From positions 8,246,001 through 8,310,000 of the forward strand of contig CP075496.1 of assembly GCA_021613535.1 (NCBI GenBank): 64,000 bases of DNA, read 5' to 3'. The stretch comes from Adineta vaga (taxonomy: Eukaryota > Animalia > Rotifera). Positions 39,360-54,489 of this stretch are shown here, one piece after another. The notes beneath the pieces are model-generated. The model had not been told where the DNA came from and searched no databases. It worked only from the letters and a program-made list of their open reading frames with translations. Both the position numbers and the translations under genes were made by a program. Position 1 is the stretch's first letter, and each line of letters starts with the position of its first letter.

Positions 39360-41042
39360 AGTTTCCTTGACAATCCAACGTTCTAAGTGAATCATTTGTT
39401 TTTTATTTTTAAATTGATAAAGTTTGTTCTCATATTGTACTTCATCTTAATAAATGTTTCATTAATGTCGAATGAAAAATTCGCAGTGATTACACACGAG
39501 CAATTAAGCGATTTTTCACTATTTATTCTTATGGAAATTCTTCATAGGAAACGATTATACTGGTATGACTGTTCTTATTAGACATTATTCTTCTTGATGA
39601 CGTGCATGTTTCTTTTTTGGAATTCAATCATTATATACATTATAAGAACACAAGAGATCAAAGATTATCTGCAAAAGCACGTTTACTGCTTGAATAATGA
39701 GCTTTTTACAGTGCTTTATTTCATGGCACGAACGTACGTTTTTATCATAAAAAAATGCAGTCGCAATATGATCTTATGGTGCTAAATCAATATTATAAAC
39801 GTTACCAATAATAAAAGAAGAAATATAAATTGACATTGGAACTGTTATAAAAGTAATTAGTTAACACGTTTCATTTAATGCTGAAATGCGCTTCACTGAT
39901 TTTGATAGCATGTTCTATTGTTTCGTCAGTTTACACTATTCCCATTTGATTCTAATCAATGACTGATAATTATCAAGTATTCGACTTTTTTCCTACGTAT
40001 TTGAGCTTTGAAGGTCACAATTACTTCGTCTTCTTAAATTAACAAAAATACTGTTTGTTTTTTTTGTAGCATAGACATTGATTCTCACCTGTCATCTAGT
40101 ATTCGATATACTCATAATCATTATTGTTGAAAAAGAGCTAGAATTGGAAATTTACATATAAATTATTCAACTATATTTTTCATAAAATATTATATTAGTA
40201 AAAATATAGCGTCATAAAATGCAGAACAGTGTATAAATTTTTTTGTAAAAGCACTGAAAAAGTATACTTTTGGATTATATGACGAGATATTTTATACAGG
40301 AAAGGACTCGATACTTCTAGTATAATGAAGTATATTGTCTCAAGATACGTAAAAAAAAACTTAATTTCTACTCTCAAACAAAGAGCTTCCGAGCTATAGA
40401 TCAGTTTTTAACGCTGAATAACAAACGGAAATTGAATATTAATCTATTTCTGCATGCCAGGTTTTCTGAAAATGGAAGTTCGAATAAGTGTCTTACTAAA
40501 TCAATTGCGTTCTTAATAAGTCTTTTGTTTTGGGTTATATATACTTATTTGAATGATACATGAAACTTAATAATTAAACAAACGTTCTATCGATAAAAAT
40601 ATGCGCAATCGTGCGTCACAAGTATGATTACTGTCAAACCCATTCTAAGAAGTATAGACACATGCTGGGAAGTTCATTTTTTTTCTATCAACAACAGTTC
40701 TGAGTACAATGGCACTGACTGCTGCTGCGATTATCATGACAATTATCTTGACATATGTACTTATTCTGTGTACAACTTTCATTTAACTATATAACATGCA
40801 AACAATCATTATATTTATTATTTTGATATGACAATGGATTCGAGTAATAACACTCAAAATAGAGCACACCCATGTCAGATTTGTCAGATTTAGAATGAAA
40901 TAATAGTGTGATATCTTCAGAAAACCCTTGTTCTTATGTACTTTGTTTTAGTGATAAATATTCAATAGGTTTTATCGGTTGGATTCTTTTACATGACAGT
41001 ACTATATTCAATAGCATGTCTTACTCATAATGAAAGGATTTT

Positions 41043-42790
41043 ATGTCAGTAGTATTAAGGAACGAAGATTACTCAATTTGAAGATTTATCCAATGAATTA
41101 TTCTTAGAAATATTTGAATATATGGATGTTATGGATCTTTTTATGATATTTTTATCGTTCAATAATCGCTTTTCATTGGTTTTATCTCTATGTAAACTTC
41201 ATGTTGTTGTTGTTACTAATCTCCACACTTATCAAATTAAATTTCTCCATTCATGTCTTATTCATCATGTTCAACAAATCACTTGAAGATCACTTTCTTC
41301 TAGTTCAATATTTAGTGTTCTTTCTATACTACGTATTTATCGTGCACTATGAGTATTATCTGTTTTTATATCAAACGACACTACGAACTCACACAAATAA
41401 CAAATAATGTACAACTAACTCTACTAAAATAGGGCAAATCTTTTGAAAAGATGTTTTACCGATAAACTGATATTCTTATTCTTTCGATTAGAACACCTGG
41501 CCGTCTACTTTCGTTTGAAACAAATCCTCCGATATTACCATCATTGAAATCATTTCCATTACATATTGCAACATTTTGTGATTTTCATTCATTAAATGTT
41601 ATTTTACATTGTATGCCTAATCTTCATCAATTGATTCTTACTATCATTTCTACTTCATTAAATCCAACGAGATATTTAGATGTTTAATGGTGATCAATGG
41701 AAACGATTATTAATTCATTCGGTTATTTTTCGAAGAAATATGAGGATTGTTATGTAACAATTCATCGACCACGAAATTTTTATTGACGATGGAGGTAAGT
41801 ATATGAAAGAGATAAAGAAATTATACATTTTGTAAGCAGATTGCGCATGGCTCTTGGAACGTTTGATATACATTTATCAACAAACGACAACGATCGATAT
41901 CATCTATTTTATGCAATCAATATACAGTTGTATATAAATATTCCGATGGATACAGAAGTATTTCATGTTCCATCGTATGATCAATTATTTCGGAGACTTG
42001 ATAATCTGATTATTGAATTCGATTCAAGTATAACTAGCTGTTGGCAATATATACTCGAACTTCGTAAGAGATTATTTATTTGAATTAATTTTCTAGGAAT
42101 AGTTCTTTACTTTAGTACGTATACGTCGTAATACTAGTGAAGACAAGTAAAAATACTATGCGAATCAAATCACAAGTCTAGTAGATTTAACTACTATTAA
42201 GAAATTAGAATTTGAATCAGAAAAAAGTTAATTGTATTTACATTTTATCAAAGAAATTTTATTGTAAGTTTTATGTTCGCTACTGTTTTCAAATAGAATG
42301 TAGAAGGAATTTCGTACTATATTTTTTTCTTGTTTTAGTGCAAGTACATGTATGGATCAATTAATAATTTGTTATGAATTGGTTTTTTCTTCTTTATTAT
42401 ATGACAGTATATGTCTTATTCTGGTCTTTCATCGAAAAGAGCTTACATCTGTCTCGAAGATGGATTGAAATTAATCGAACGTTTTCCATCATTTATTCAT
42501 CTCGAACTCTATCAGTATTCTGATATGATTTTTACCACTTTTAAATATTCTTCTTGATGGTTTATCGAATCTAATCCATTTAAAGATCTCTTATCATCGG
42601 AAAAAATTACCTGATAATAGAAAATTCTTTAAAGATTATATTGTAAAAAGGCGTCGTCAAACTTTTCCACTCATAATCTGTAACGCAGATGATATTTCTA
42701 TTGAAGTTGATCAAGAAATTATGGATATTTCTTTAAATGGTTGTCCAGTCTGTAGCAATATAGCATGGTGTCTTTGGATTTATTGTATAT
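41043..42790 (+). pseudogene. Degraded F-box protein gene
   Basis: F-box ITQFEDLSNELFLEIFEYM..NNRF. Downstream LRR-like fragments (MPNLHQLIL, FPSFIHLEL) are broken by stops and frameshifts. Confidence 0.65.
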
Positions 42791-43465
42791 AGAAATATTC
42801 TTCGATTAATAAAAATAATCAATTATTTAGAAAGTAAAATGTTTGACTATATCGCTAGAATTGCGATACATAGAGGTTTCCAAGTGGAACAATATAGAAA
42901 TAGTCACGTTATTCAAACACATCCAACATTTATTGAACATTCTTTTCTTCATTCGTATGTACATAATCAACAAGTGATCAGATTGGTAATGCATTTCGAA
43001 CGACAAGCTCAGCAATTGTTGAATTAGTACAAACGACACATGAAGCCTAAGATGCAACTGTAACTAGTAGTACTGCTGATATGAAGGTGAACTGTGTAAG
43101 TTAGATTTCATATCAAATCAAAAATCGGAAAATATATACTTCTATTTCCGTACACTAGCGAAACATAGATTTCTATTGTTAACGATGAACAGATTTTACG
43201 ATTAGTTTCATTCATTATTGGACATAGCTTTTTAATAAAACAATATATATGTAAATGTATGTATATTTGGTTTTACTTTAAGTGAATACCTCATTTAATG
43301 ATCCTGTATCGTCTACAAAAAAAAACTGATATGAATAAAAAAAGAAAAATTTTTTCCAAAAGAAAACAAAAAGAAAACAAAACGTAAATATTTAAACGAT
43401 GTAGATATATACATATGAAGAAGATAACAAACAAAAAAGATTTATGTTTCAATTCGAATAAGTAG

Positions 43466-44890
43466 TTATTTATGTTTATTAGCTTGAGAACGAGATGCAT
43501 TCTTATTTCGATTGTTCATTGGATTTAAATCCGAACTCAATTGTTGTCTTGCTTGGCCACATGCTTGAGCAAGATTAATATCTGAGAGAGAGAGTTTATC
43601 CATTTTGATTAGAAGTGTTTCGAATGGAAGATTTTTTGCTGTTTGTTTAATAAGTGCAACAAGATCCATTGCATTATCACATTTATGAGCTTTTGAGACG
43701 GTATCAGTGGGACCAACTTCAAGTGTTTCACATACAATAACAAGTGCTAAACGAAATAATACTTTGACACCTTCACAGAAAAACATATCCCAAATACGAA
43801 ATAATTGTGGTGCACGATAAGTCCGTGAAAATAATGTCATATACCAATCAAGTGTATATAGAATTGGATCAACATCAAGTTTTTTCTAAAACGAAAAATA
43901 AGAATACTTTCAAATTTATCATAGAAAAGCTTGTGTTAACATGCATTTCAAATTGTAATAAAAAAATTTGAAGATAGCCTAGGATAGATTATTTCGACTA
44001 AAGAAACAAATCTACCATTGACACCTCAATGAAAGTTCATCGAACTCTCTCTCTCTCGAACAAGTAAGATAAAACTCTGAAATACAACTGAATGTCATTC
44101 AAGCATTACTTACAAGTAGACGATAACCTTTCGATGTAACTTTTTGTATAAGTATTTCAGTTGCTAATGCATCTTCTTTAACTGCCATTAATCCATCACT
44201 GAAATATCCTTTGACATATTCTTCATTAATCTGAACAAAAACCCAAAATGCTTGTTCCGGTGGTAAATGCATTAATAATATTGCAGCAATCGGTGCTTGT
44301 GCTTGGCAATAACCAACGTCTGGATCATGTACAGCATAAGCTTTCAGTACATCAAATAAACTTTGTTGTCTAAAAATAAAATTATCCTTTCTCTAGTCTG
44401 TATTCATAATTTTCTTACCCGCATCCATCATCTCGAAACATTTCATGATCAGGAAACGAACGGGCGAGATCTTTTCGAATATCTTCTAATACATGTGATG
44501 CTGGTGTTTGAGTTAAATACATATTAAATACATTTCCTGTTGGACAATTTCTATCTGCATTTTCATGTCGAAATTTAGCTGCTGATAAATGATACCAAGC
44601 TTGACCACGAACAGATGGTGGTATACCTTTCCGGCAACGTGCTTTGACTTTATCAAAACGTGAAGCAATGAATGCTGGCCATCGAGCAAACATTTCCAAC
44701 CATTTTTGTTCTCGGCGACGAGCTACTGATGCTTTTACTGATTCTTCCATTCTAAAACGAAAGAAATGATTTTCCGAATACAAAACGTTCATCATTCTTA
44801 CTCAAGTTCATTGGGTGAAACAAAAAATCCATATGTATTCGGTACTTCATCACGTTCATGTTCACTATTACGAGAAAAATTATTCACCAT
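43466..44890 (-). CDS. TBC1D10: TBC1 domain Rab-GAP, TBC1D10/EPI64 family
   Basis: RREQKWLEM, RCRKGIPPSVRGQAW, IRKDLARSFPDHEMF, GYCQAQAPIAAILLMHLP, RIWDMFFCEG. Confidence 0.9.
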
Positions 44891-45107
44891 TTTGTTAAAT
44901 CAAATCTAAGATCATCTGAAAAAATAGCAAAACAAACTATATTTTCTCATTATTACAAAACAACATTAGGAAAAATATATATATATATATATATATGATA
45001 ATGTTCAATTCTATATGCAGATAAATCAAATTTGATAAAAAAAATATATATACATATGAAATAATAAAAACAACGAAATATTCATTTGAGAGATTCATTT
45101 TGTTTTT

Positions 45108-48100
45108 CTAATGATGTGCACCGTCATCATCGTCGACTAATAATAAGTCTTCTTCATCGTTGTGATTACTATCAGTTAAAATATTTTGTCTATTCGAATT
45201 CGGACATGTATGATAATATGCATGTAAACGAAAATCTTCGTTTTCATACGCAACTAATTCTTCAACTATGGATCGAAAAGATATTCGATCACCGGGAGAA
45301 AATGTCCAACAAGCACGCATTAATTTATGTCTAAAATAAATGAAATTTCATAAGAGAACAATCGTATCAACTATTCATACAAGATCTCTGGACAATTTAA
45401 TGGACGTTCAAGTGTAATGTTTCCATAACGAACATAATGTACAACTTCTTCATTACCATAACCTTGATAAGGCTGTTCAGCTAATGTCGCAATTTCCCAT
45501 AGAAGAACACCGAATGACCTGAAGAATATGTTCTAGTACGAGAAATAGAATGAAAATGAAGAAATCCTACCAAACATCAGAAACAGTATCGAAACGTCCA
45601 TCTCGTAAACTTTCTGGTGCCATCCATCGAATTGGAAGAAAACTTCGACCACCACGTCGATAATAATCTGTTTCATAAATATCACGTGTTAAACCAAAAT
45701 CTACATGAAAATATTCCATCATATTCATCGATATAATCAATTAATATTACAACTTTACCTCCAACTTTACAAGTATGATTTCCATTGACTAAACAATTTC
45801 TTGCTGCTAAATCTCTATGTACAAATTTTTGATCGGACAGATAATACATTCCATCAGCTACATCTAAAGCTAATTGAATCATTGCTGATTCAGATAATAT
45901 TGAATCATATGCCTATAATAAAAGAAGGAAATCGAATTATTTTTGTTTTCTTTTTCTATTTAAATCTAATCTAAAGACTTACATTAGCTTCACCTTGTCG
46001 ATGTCGATAAAGATAATTTTTTAAATCACCATTTTCCATTAATTCCATTACTACATAAGGTGGTCGAATGCGTGAACATATTCCATACAATTGAATAACA
46101 TGATGACATTGAAATTGTCTAGAAATAAAAGAAAAATCGTATAGAAATAACTATTTTCCTTTGAAATAGTTGACGAACTTCATGATCGATGCTTCTTGTA
46201 ATAAATCTGTTGGATGTGTTGTTCGAAGCTTTGAAGGAGAAAAGAGAAAGAATGATCATAAGAATTAATTTCAATCAATAATAAACAAATGGATATTTAC
46301 TTTCACAGCACATGGAGTTACTGTTCCATCTTGTAATTTGAGAGTACCTAGATAAACTTGACCGAAATGACCTTGTCCGATAAGTCTATCTAATGCAACA
46401 GAATCTTTATCAATTTCCCATTGATCTGGTGTATATAATTCTAAATCAATACATACAATAATCAATAAAATTAGAAAATAAAAATTAACAAACCATAATT
46501 GGGATTTTTCGATATCGATGCTTTATTATCTCCTCGACCATATTTATAATAATAAAATGGTGCACCAATAATAATAGTTAATAAAAGAAAAATCGATCCC
46601 GTAACTAACATAATTAATATTATACGATTTTGTCGACTTAACATATTACCTAAAAGAACGACATACATATTTCAATTTCAAAAATATTTATATGAACTAA
46701 CTAGGTATATCTTCTGTGATAAATCTTAATTGAAAATAAAAATTTGTTGAATTATCTAAATACTGTTCATCAAGAATCAATTGTCGATCTTTGTATTCAT
46801 TATCTGATCTAGCAACTGTATAAGTTATAATTCGTAATTGATATGCTGTTCGTGGTAAAAGTGTCACATTAATAGAATGAGTATTATGTCCAACGCAACG
46901 ATTTTCTTTAGGTCCATTGACACTATCTTGTCCAATTGAAATGACATAAAAATAAATTAAACCATTTGGTTGTAATGGTTTTGACCATGATATATGATAA
47001 TTAAATGATTTTGTATTCACTGATAAATGATTTGGATCTTCTGGTAGAACGATCAGTTGAACATTACGTACGATATCATTTGATGCTAAAACAAACAAAT
47101 GATAGAGAAAATCTTTTAATTCGAATACATACGATCGCCTGGCTTTGTACGAACAGTTAATGTAATTCCATTTAGACTGCATGCATTTGATAATGTTTCT
47201 TTTGATGTATCATGACATGCATAGACTTGAAACATATATAATCGTGCTTCTTTCAATCCATCGATAAGTATTCGTGTTGTTGATACTGAACGATTGTAAT
47301 TATTAATATATGGTTTATGTTCAACAACGGATTGTTCAAGAGAATCTGATTTTGCTTGATCTTGAAAAGCACTACTTTTATCTTCAAAATAAATATCAAG
47401 ATCATTGATAATTGTATCTTTTAGATCTGGACGAATGAATAATGCTTCTTTTCGTTGACTTACAGAATTTATTAATTCATATTCTAGAATTGACAAGTCT
47501 GTAACAACTTGATCAATTTCTTGATTTCCTGTAATTTCTTCTTCACTTTCATCATCATTATTGTTAATAATACCACTTAAACGAGGTTTAGTGCGAGAAC
47601 AACGTGTTGTTTGTGTGAGATTCAAATCATTGCTTTCCACATTTACTTCAGATAACCAACGATCTGAACAAAAAATAAATAGATCATTGGACATATTTTG
47701 ATATATATATATAGCTCACCTTTCATCAAACAAAGTAACCTCCAATTATCAACTGGTAGACGATCTGCAATGGGTCCGTAGTAAACAAGATATGTTGTAA
47801 TCGCACCATGAGATTTCGATGGTGGTTGCCAAGTTAATTCAATAGTTGAACGAGATAATGATTCTCCACGTAGATTAAGTACTGGTTCTGGTTGTCGTGG
47901 AGATGTACGAAAGTAATCAATTGGAGAAAATAAACCAATTGTATTCGCATTTGAAGTAATAGAAGCATATACAGCATACCATTCGTCACCATTTAATGAT
48001 GGTAAATCAGCATATAATGGAAGTGTTCCACCTAGAATAAAAGATTCTCGTTTAACATTGAAAGTGTCAGATGTATCTTTCGAAGTCTATTTCTATTAGT

Positions 48101-50554
48101 TAACAAGTTTACGATTGATATATTTATTGCCATATTAAAGCAAACAAATATCAATCGAGACATATCAATAATCTATGAGATTTTCATAATGTTCTACTTT
48201 CGAATTTTCTTACCATGTGGTGCTAAATTGTAACTAACTTTTTCCACTAATCGAAACCATTTATGTGATTGTGTTGCATCAAAATGTGTTTCATTTTTTG
48301 ATTTAGTTGGTTTATAATAGACTGACAAAAATGGTCGACGTAAATGTTCAGCTTTACCACTTGAACGAAAAAATAATTCTTTCGGTACTGATACAATCAC
48401 TCGTGCAGTTAATGAACGTATTCTATCCACAGTAATTCTTAACGAATTTGATTCACATGATGTTAAATATCCATTAGCATATCCATTGTATGTATCTTGT
48501 GATACTTGAAGTTCTAAAAAAATATACGATTTTATGTCTACAAGAGTTATTCGATAAAGTCTCACACAAACCTTTTTCCTTTGACATTGTGTAATTAATA
48601 AAATCCGTAATATGTTTTATACATAAACGTGCATTACGAACAATATTCAAACTTCCTTGAATAATAGGTGGTGGTTGAGTTAACGGCCAAAGTTCAGTAA
48701 GAAATTCATTTTCTTCAATTGTAATTGTTGCATTCGCTGTCGTACCAATACGTCGTAGTCGAGAAAACATATTAAATGTTGAAAATATTTTTACATTATG
48801 AATGGTAAATTCATGATCAATCTGTTCGAGACCATCGAAAGCTTTAAAAGCTTCATTAAAATGATTTCCACGTGCATCAACTGTTGCTATATTGTAAATA
48901 TTTAAAGTATGAACACGAGAACAATATTTTAATGATTGAAAATCTGCTATCGATCGAATATGCTTTTCTCGACAAGCTCCATTACAATAGTTATTTTCTG
49001 GTGATGATATACAACGAACACAACGTGAACCTGTTTCATGCTTAAATCCAGATGGACATGCAACGATACATTCATTTATTTCATCTAATATATAACCAGA
49101 ACCCATAAAAAATGAGGTGCATTCTTGACGAGTAATACAAAGAGAACCACCAGTCTAAAATCAAAATCGTTTATAAGAATGAAAATAATCTTTTCGATAT
49201 ATGATTAAATAGTTTACCTTTAACATATTTGGTGGACATTGTGGTACACATTTTCCTGTTGCATAAATTCTCATATTACGGCAAGCATTACAAATTAAAC
49301 TTGTTGAATTTGTTGTATTACTATAATAACATCCTCCAACACATTCTGTTGGACAACACGTATTTTCGGATAAACAATTTCCTTTACATTGCGTTGAACA
49401 TCGTTGTTGACATTGTGTTGGTGACCAACATGCTGATGGACATGTTGGACAAAAAGCACAATTATCACGATTTTGTCTTGAAATTACTTGTGTTTGCTTA
49501 GCTTCCATAATATCATTCCAACGTATTGATGTCGCATAACATAATTGGGCATTTCGAGCAATAATTATACTACCACGACGTATACTTATTAATGATATTA
49601 AACCTAAATCATCCAATAGAAAATTATCTATAATTATCAAAGAATAACTATGATATAATTCTCGTCCATGTATAATTGATAAACGTGGAAACATCGACGA
49701 AAAGGAACGCATAGATGAATAACCTAATAATATATAACCATATACTTCACGAAGACGTGGAAAACGTATTTGTGTAGTATTTGTTGTACTGGCATTTGTT
49801 AAGGAATGCATTGGAGCATATGTAATTGAACCAAGTATAATCTCACATAAACTCAAAGCTTGATTATCAAGGCCACGACGTAATTCAAATAATGTAATTC
49901 GTATATCGCCACAGACTAGAGAAAGAAAATATTTAAAGAGTGAAACTTTTCTGTTTGGTTTAGACAAACACAAGAAAAACTTTTTAATCACTAGTTGAAT
50001 AGCATACGTATAATGTTTTTGCAAATCAACAAGAGCATATTTTAAGTTGTCATCTTAACTAATATTACAGTTAGCTTAAGGATTGACTATGAGACATCTT
50101 TGTAGGAAATCTAAAAAATATCTTTTCATTTGTTTTAAGTAAGGAAATAACTATGACCTACGTTCGACATTTTTCTCCTATTCTGCGTCATTGTGACCGG
50201 AGAACATACGTCATTCTCGTTTATTTTCCACATCTCATTGATGTTCTAATTAACATCAGGCAATTCAGCACGCATCTCGAAAAGTCTCTCTAGTGACATT
50301 GAGATTTTAATAAAATACAAATAGAAAAGAAAAAATACTTCGTTATTTTGTATATAAACTATATGAAATAATTCAATCTAATCGAACTATACTACCAAAC
50401 GAAGAGTCACGATAATTCTCAAGACAATTTCATTACCTTTCGGATGTGGTTCAGCTATAGCTACTGTCTCCACTGAAACATTTTTGTTTGCTTGAATCCA
50501 TAAGATACATAATAATAAAATATAATAAATCACATAGAATTCGGACTTGTTCAT
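45108..50554 (-). CDS. Insulin/IGF receptor-like tyrosine kinase, multi-exon
   Basis: Signal peptide, L1, Cys-rich, L2, FnIII domains, TM, juxtamembrane [45 protein letters not shown]. Confidence 0.92.
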
Positions 50555-50815
50555 CTAGAATAAAAATCAATATATAATGATTCATTAATTATTAGAAAAT
50601 AAATACTGATTTTTTTAGTTATTTTATCTTTTGAATATAAGAAAACAGAAACGCCCAATACCAACTGATGACATTAGAAAGAAAAAGATTTTCTTTTTTT
50701 TTCTGAAATTACACACATACATATATATATAGAAGAAATAACAAGTGCATGCAAAGAAAAAGAAAGAGAAAAAGAAAAAGAAAAGATACTCTCAACACCG
50801 GCTGTTATATATACT

Positions 50816-53800
50816 TTAACGTCGAGTTGTTTTCAGTTTTGGTTTAGTAGAACTCGAGAGAACATCATTAAAAAATGCATCACTATCCCAATCATTTTTT
50901 GGTTGATTTGATGAATTTGGTTTATCTTGTACCCATGCAGAAATGTTTGTTGTAGTTGAAGATTTGTCTGTCATTGTTTGAGACACTGTGGCTGATGCAG
51001 AAGCAGAAAAATCTTCCCATTTATCACCACCGAGTTCTTCTGTATCACCCCAATCATTCGATTTTATAGCATCCCATGGTGTTGGATTCTCTTCTTCATC
51101 TTCATTCTTATCCTCATTTTTATTAAAATACGCAGCTAATGCTGATGATTGTCGTTCCTTGAAAGAAAGAAGATTTTTTTAATATTATAAACACTTTGTC
51201 TTATTACTTACTTGTTCTTCCCTTTCTGCTTTTGTTTGTAATTTAGTCGGCACATTTGTTTTCACAGTTGATTGTCCATTACTTGTGTTACCTATAGATT
51301 TTTTTTTCACATGATAAATTAAATGTATATTGAAAAGTCGAAGGAAAAGAAAACGGGTCATGCAAATAGGTTTTACATTTTTGTTTTGTTTATGTAAAGC
51401 ACGTAAATTATACCCGAACAAAAGAAAGAAAGAAAAACACGACTTCAACCATTCAAAGAAAAAAACAATCTATTAACGATCAGTCATAGATAAGTTAGAA
51501 GGCAATCGATCGAAACGAGTCAAGTTGTTTTATCAAGGTGATGTTTATGATTTCGAATAACAATGTGTCAGTTACGTTAAAAATCTAATTCGATAACGAA
51601 AGAGAATGACTAGAATATAACTACATATCTATTATGACGATTTACATGAGAAAAAAGTGATTGACTAAACATTATGATAATCCTTTAGACAAGTTTTATG
51701 TTATGAAGTAGTGTATTGCATAAACAAAGACTTACGTCTATTGTTAATGAAATGATTCAGATATTTGTTGTCGTTTTAATAAAGAAAATATTATTTTCAT
51801 ATAAAGGTATATTCTTCAGACAGTTTTGTCAATTGGGAAACATATTATAAATGAATATAGAACTTTAATATAAATTACTAAATAATTTAGCTTATATATA
51901 TATCTTTTCATTGTCAACATATTTTTTTATCGATTAGATAAATGATGCATAGAAGAAAACTGACCTTTCGTTGATGTTGGTGTTGGTGTTGGTGTTATTG
52001 AAGTATTAGCTAACGTATTTTGCGAGTCGCTCTTTGCTAGTGTTAAATTAACTGATGGTTGTTGAGGTTTCGTTGTTAATTTTCCAATATTGCTGGAAAG
52101 TGATGTTATAGCCCAAGATGTCCATGATGTTTCATTTGCTATTCCACCAACATTACTCGAATTCACGTCTTTTTCTAAACAAATCATGAACATTGTTTTT
52201 TGTTATATAAAACAAAATTTTTCTTACCCATTTCAATAGCTAATTCAGGTTTCTCTGAAACCGTTTCTAATTTCTTTAAGAAAACTTGAATCGTCTTAAA
52301 AGCCTATCGAGAAGAATAAAATATATAATTCATACGAATTTAATTTGAATTTAATCTCATACTTGTTGTCGAACATCTAATTCCGGATCAATTGTTGCTT
52401 GACAGACGATTGGTAGAATTTTTGAAGCAATATCTTTCAATGTAAAAAATCGTTCAGAATGATTCAAAGCATAGATTGATGCTTGTCGTGATGGTCCAAA
52501 TGGATCTTGTGTACCGCGACCAAACGCGGATATAAGTAGACGACCACGTAACTAATAAAGATTTATTAAAATATGTCGGAAAACGAAAAGAAACAAAAGA
52601 TCATTTACACTTGGATTAAGATGTGCTGCTATTTTACCAAGACAAACAATTGTGTTCGTACGTATTACTCCTTGATCATCACTTGTTTGTAAACGAGAAA
52701 AATGCTTCATTAATTCGATATTTAAATTTTTATAATTTAATTTCGGAGTCAAGAATAACATTGCCTATGATAATAGAAGAAAAACAATAGATATCATGCG
52801 GAAATAAGACGATTATTCAAGGCAAGAATTCAATCGATAAAATACATACTTTCACAGTTGCTTCTCGAATTGCCGGTTCTTGATCAGTAAAGCCCGTACA
52901 AATATGTGTAAATATATCATCATTAATTACAGCTGGTGTTAAATGTTCAACATACGTATCTAACTGGAAACAAAACAAAAAAGAATTTCAAATAAAGAAA
53001 AAAATCACAATCTTAGATTTCTATTAACTTGTTGTAAAAGTCGAAATCGAGTCATTCGATCTGTTGATGCAAATAATTTCGTTATTATTGGAACAATACG
53101 TTTTTTGTAATCGGCATCCGAAAGTTTTTTTCCTAATTTAAACAATGTTGGTAGTACAGCTGAACCCGATGAACCAAATTCATACGCATTGAATAATAAA
53201 GGTAATAATTTACGTTCATTAATATGTGATGGAAATTGATCGACTTTATCTGGTAACGAATTAAAAAACGTTTGTTTTTCACCTGGATCTTTCAACTAAA
53301 GAAAAAAATGGATGAATTTTCATCTATTGATTTATTTGAAGCAATAGAAATACATACTTGAATTTGTTCGAGAAATAGAAGACATTCAACTAACGGATTA
53401 TTTTGAATAAAAGGAGATTGATTTAACTTTTCCATTGAAGTACGAAGAGATGGATTTGGATTCATTAATTCACCATATGCAGCAGATAATGGACGTGGAA
53501 TAGAACCTAATTGACGATAGGACGTAGCAGAAGTAGCACCATTACCATTGAAAATTTCCCAGATTAATGTTCCAACAAACCAAATATCACGTGCTCTAGA
53601 AAACAATCGTTCGATTAGTTATTTAATCAATCTAAATCTTACTTCTGATTATCTCCAGATTTCTTTGAAGTTCCTGATGGTGGTTCATAACGTTGACACG
53701 TTGGTAAATATCGTGATGGAATATGAATTTGTTCATCATTAATCGATTGTACAAACTCCAAACAAGCTAATTTCCAATCACATGACTTAGCATCGACAAA

Positions 53801-54489
53801 AACCGTACTTGTATTGATATTTCCATGTGACAATTTACAATCATCATGAAGAAATGTTAAAACACACTACAAAAGAGAGCATTTTACTTAGTTAAAAATA
53901 GATTTTCTTTATCTATCTCTTACATATAATTGTTGTAAACCCCAAGCAATTTCAAGTAAATGTTCTGAATTAAAACCGTCTGCATTATTATTTGATTTTA
54001 ATTCATTTAAATATGTTTCGAGTGTCATTGCTTTTTCTGTCACAACGTAAACTGCTTTGTCTGACTGAAAAAGAAAATAAAATACAAAGAAGAATTTGAA
54101 AAAGTAGAATTTTACTTCAACACCATCGAGATACACGAGAATATTCGGATGCCGTAAAGTTTTCATACGTTTTAATGCAGCTTTTGCTAATTGTATCTAT
54201 AGATAATAACAAAAGAATAGATTTAGATAGGAAGATAAGTCTTGCTTAACTTACATAAGCATCATTTTGACAAGAGAGTATTGTTACTAAATCTCCTGTT
54301 GTCTAAAAAATAAATAAAGAAACCTTAGAATGATAATTGACAATAATTAGACCAATTTACCTTTTTCTTCCCATTTAAAATCGTCCAAATGGATCGAGGA
54401 TTATTTGTTGTTGATGCATTTTCAGGAAGAACTTCATAGCCAAGATCTTTTAATGGATCTTTTCCACCGGAAAAAAATGAACTCCACAT
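50816..54489 (-). CDS. SCYL1: N-terminal kinase-like protein (SCY1-like pseudokinase with HEAT repeats)
   Basis: [64 protein letters not shown], and an acidic W-D tail. Confidence 0.9.

Noticed and set aside
39594-40377. Weak inverted similarity (LFTVLYFM vs LYTVLHFM) suggesting terminal inverted repeats of a MITE
   Set aside because: The DNA match is short, gapped and AT-rich, and no target-site duplication was found.
42839-43110. 62 aa ORF with coding-like composition after the F-box relic
   Set aside because: No recognisable motif and stops follow immediately; it cannot be distinguished from a gene fragment or chance.
44975-44996. (TA)n tract between the insulin receptor and TBC1D10 genes
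   Set aside because: An ordinary microsatellite in AT-rich DNA.
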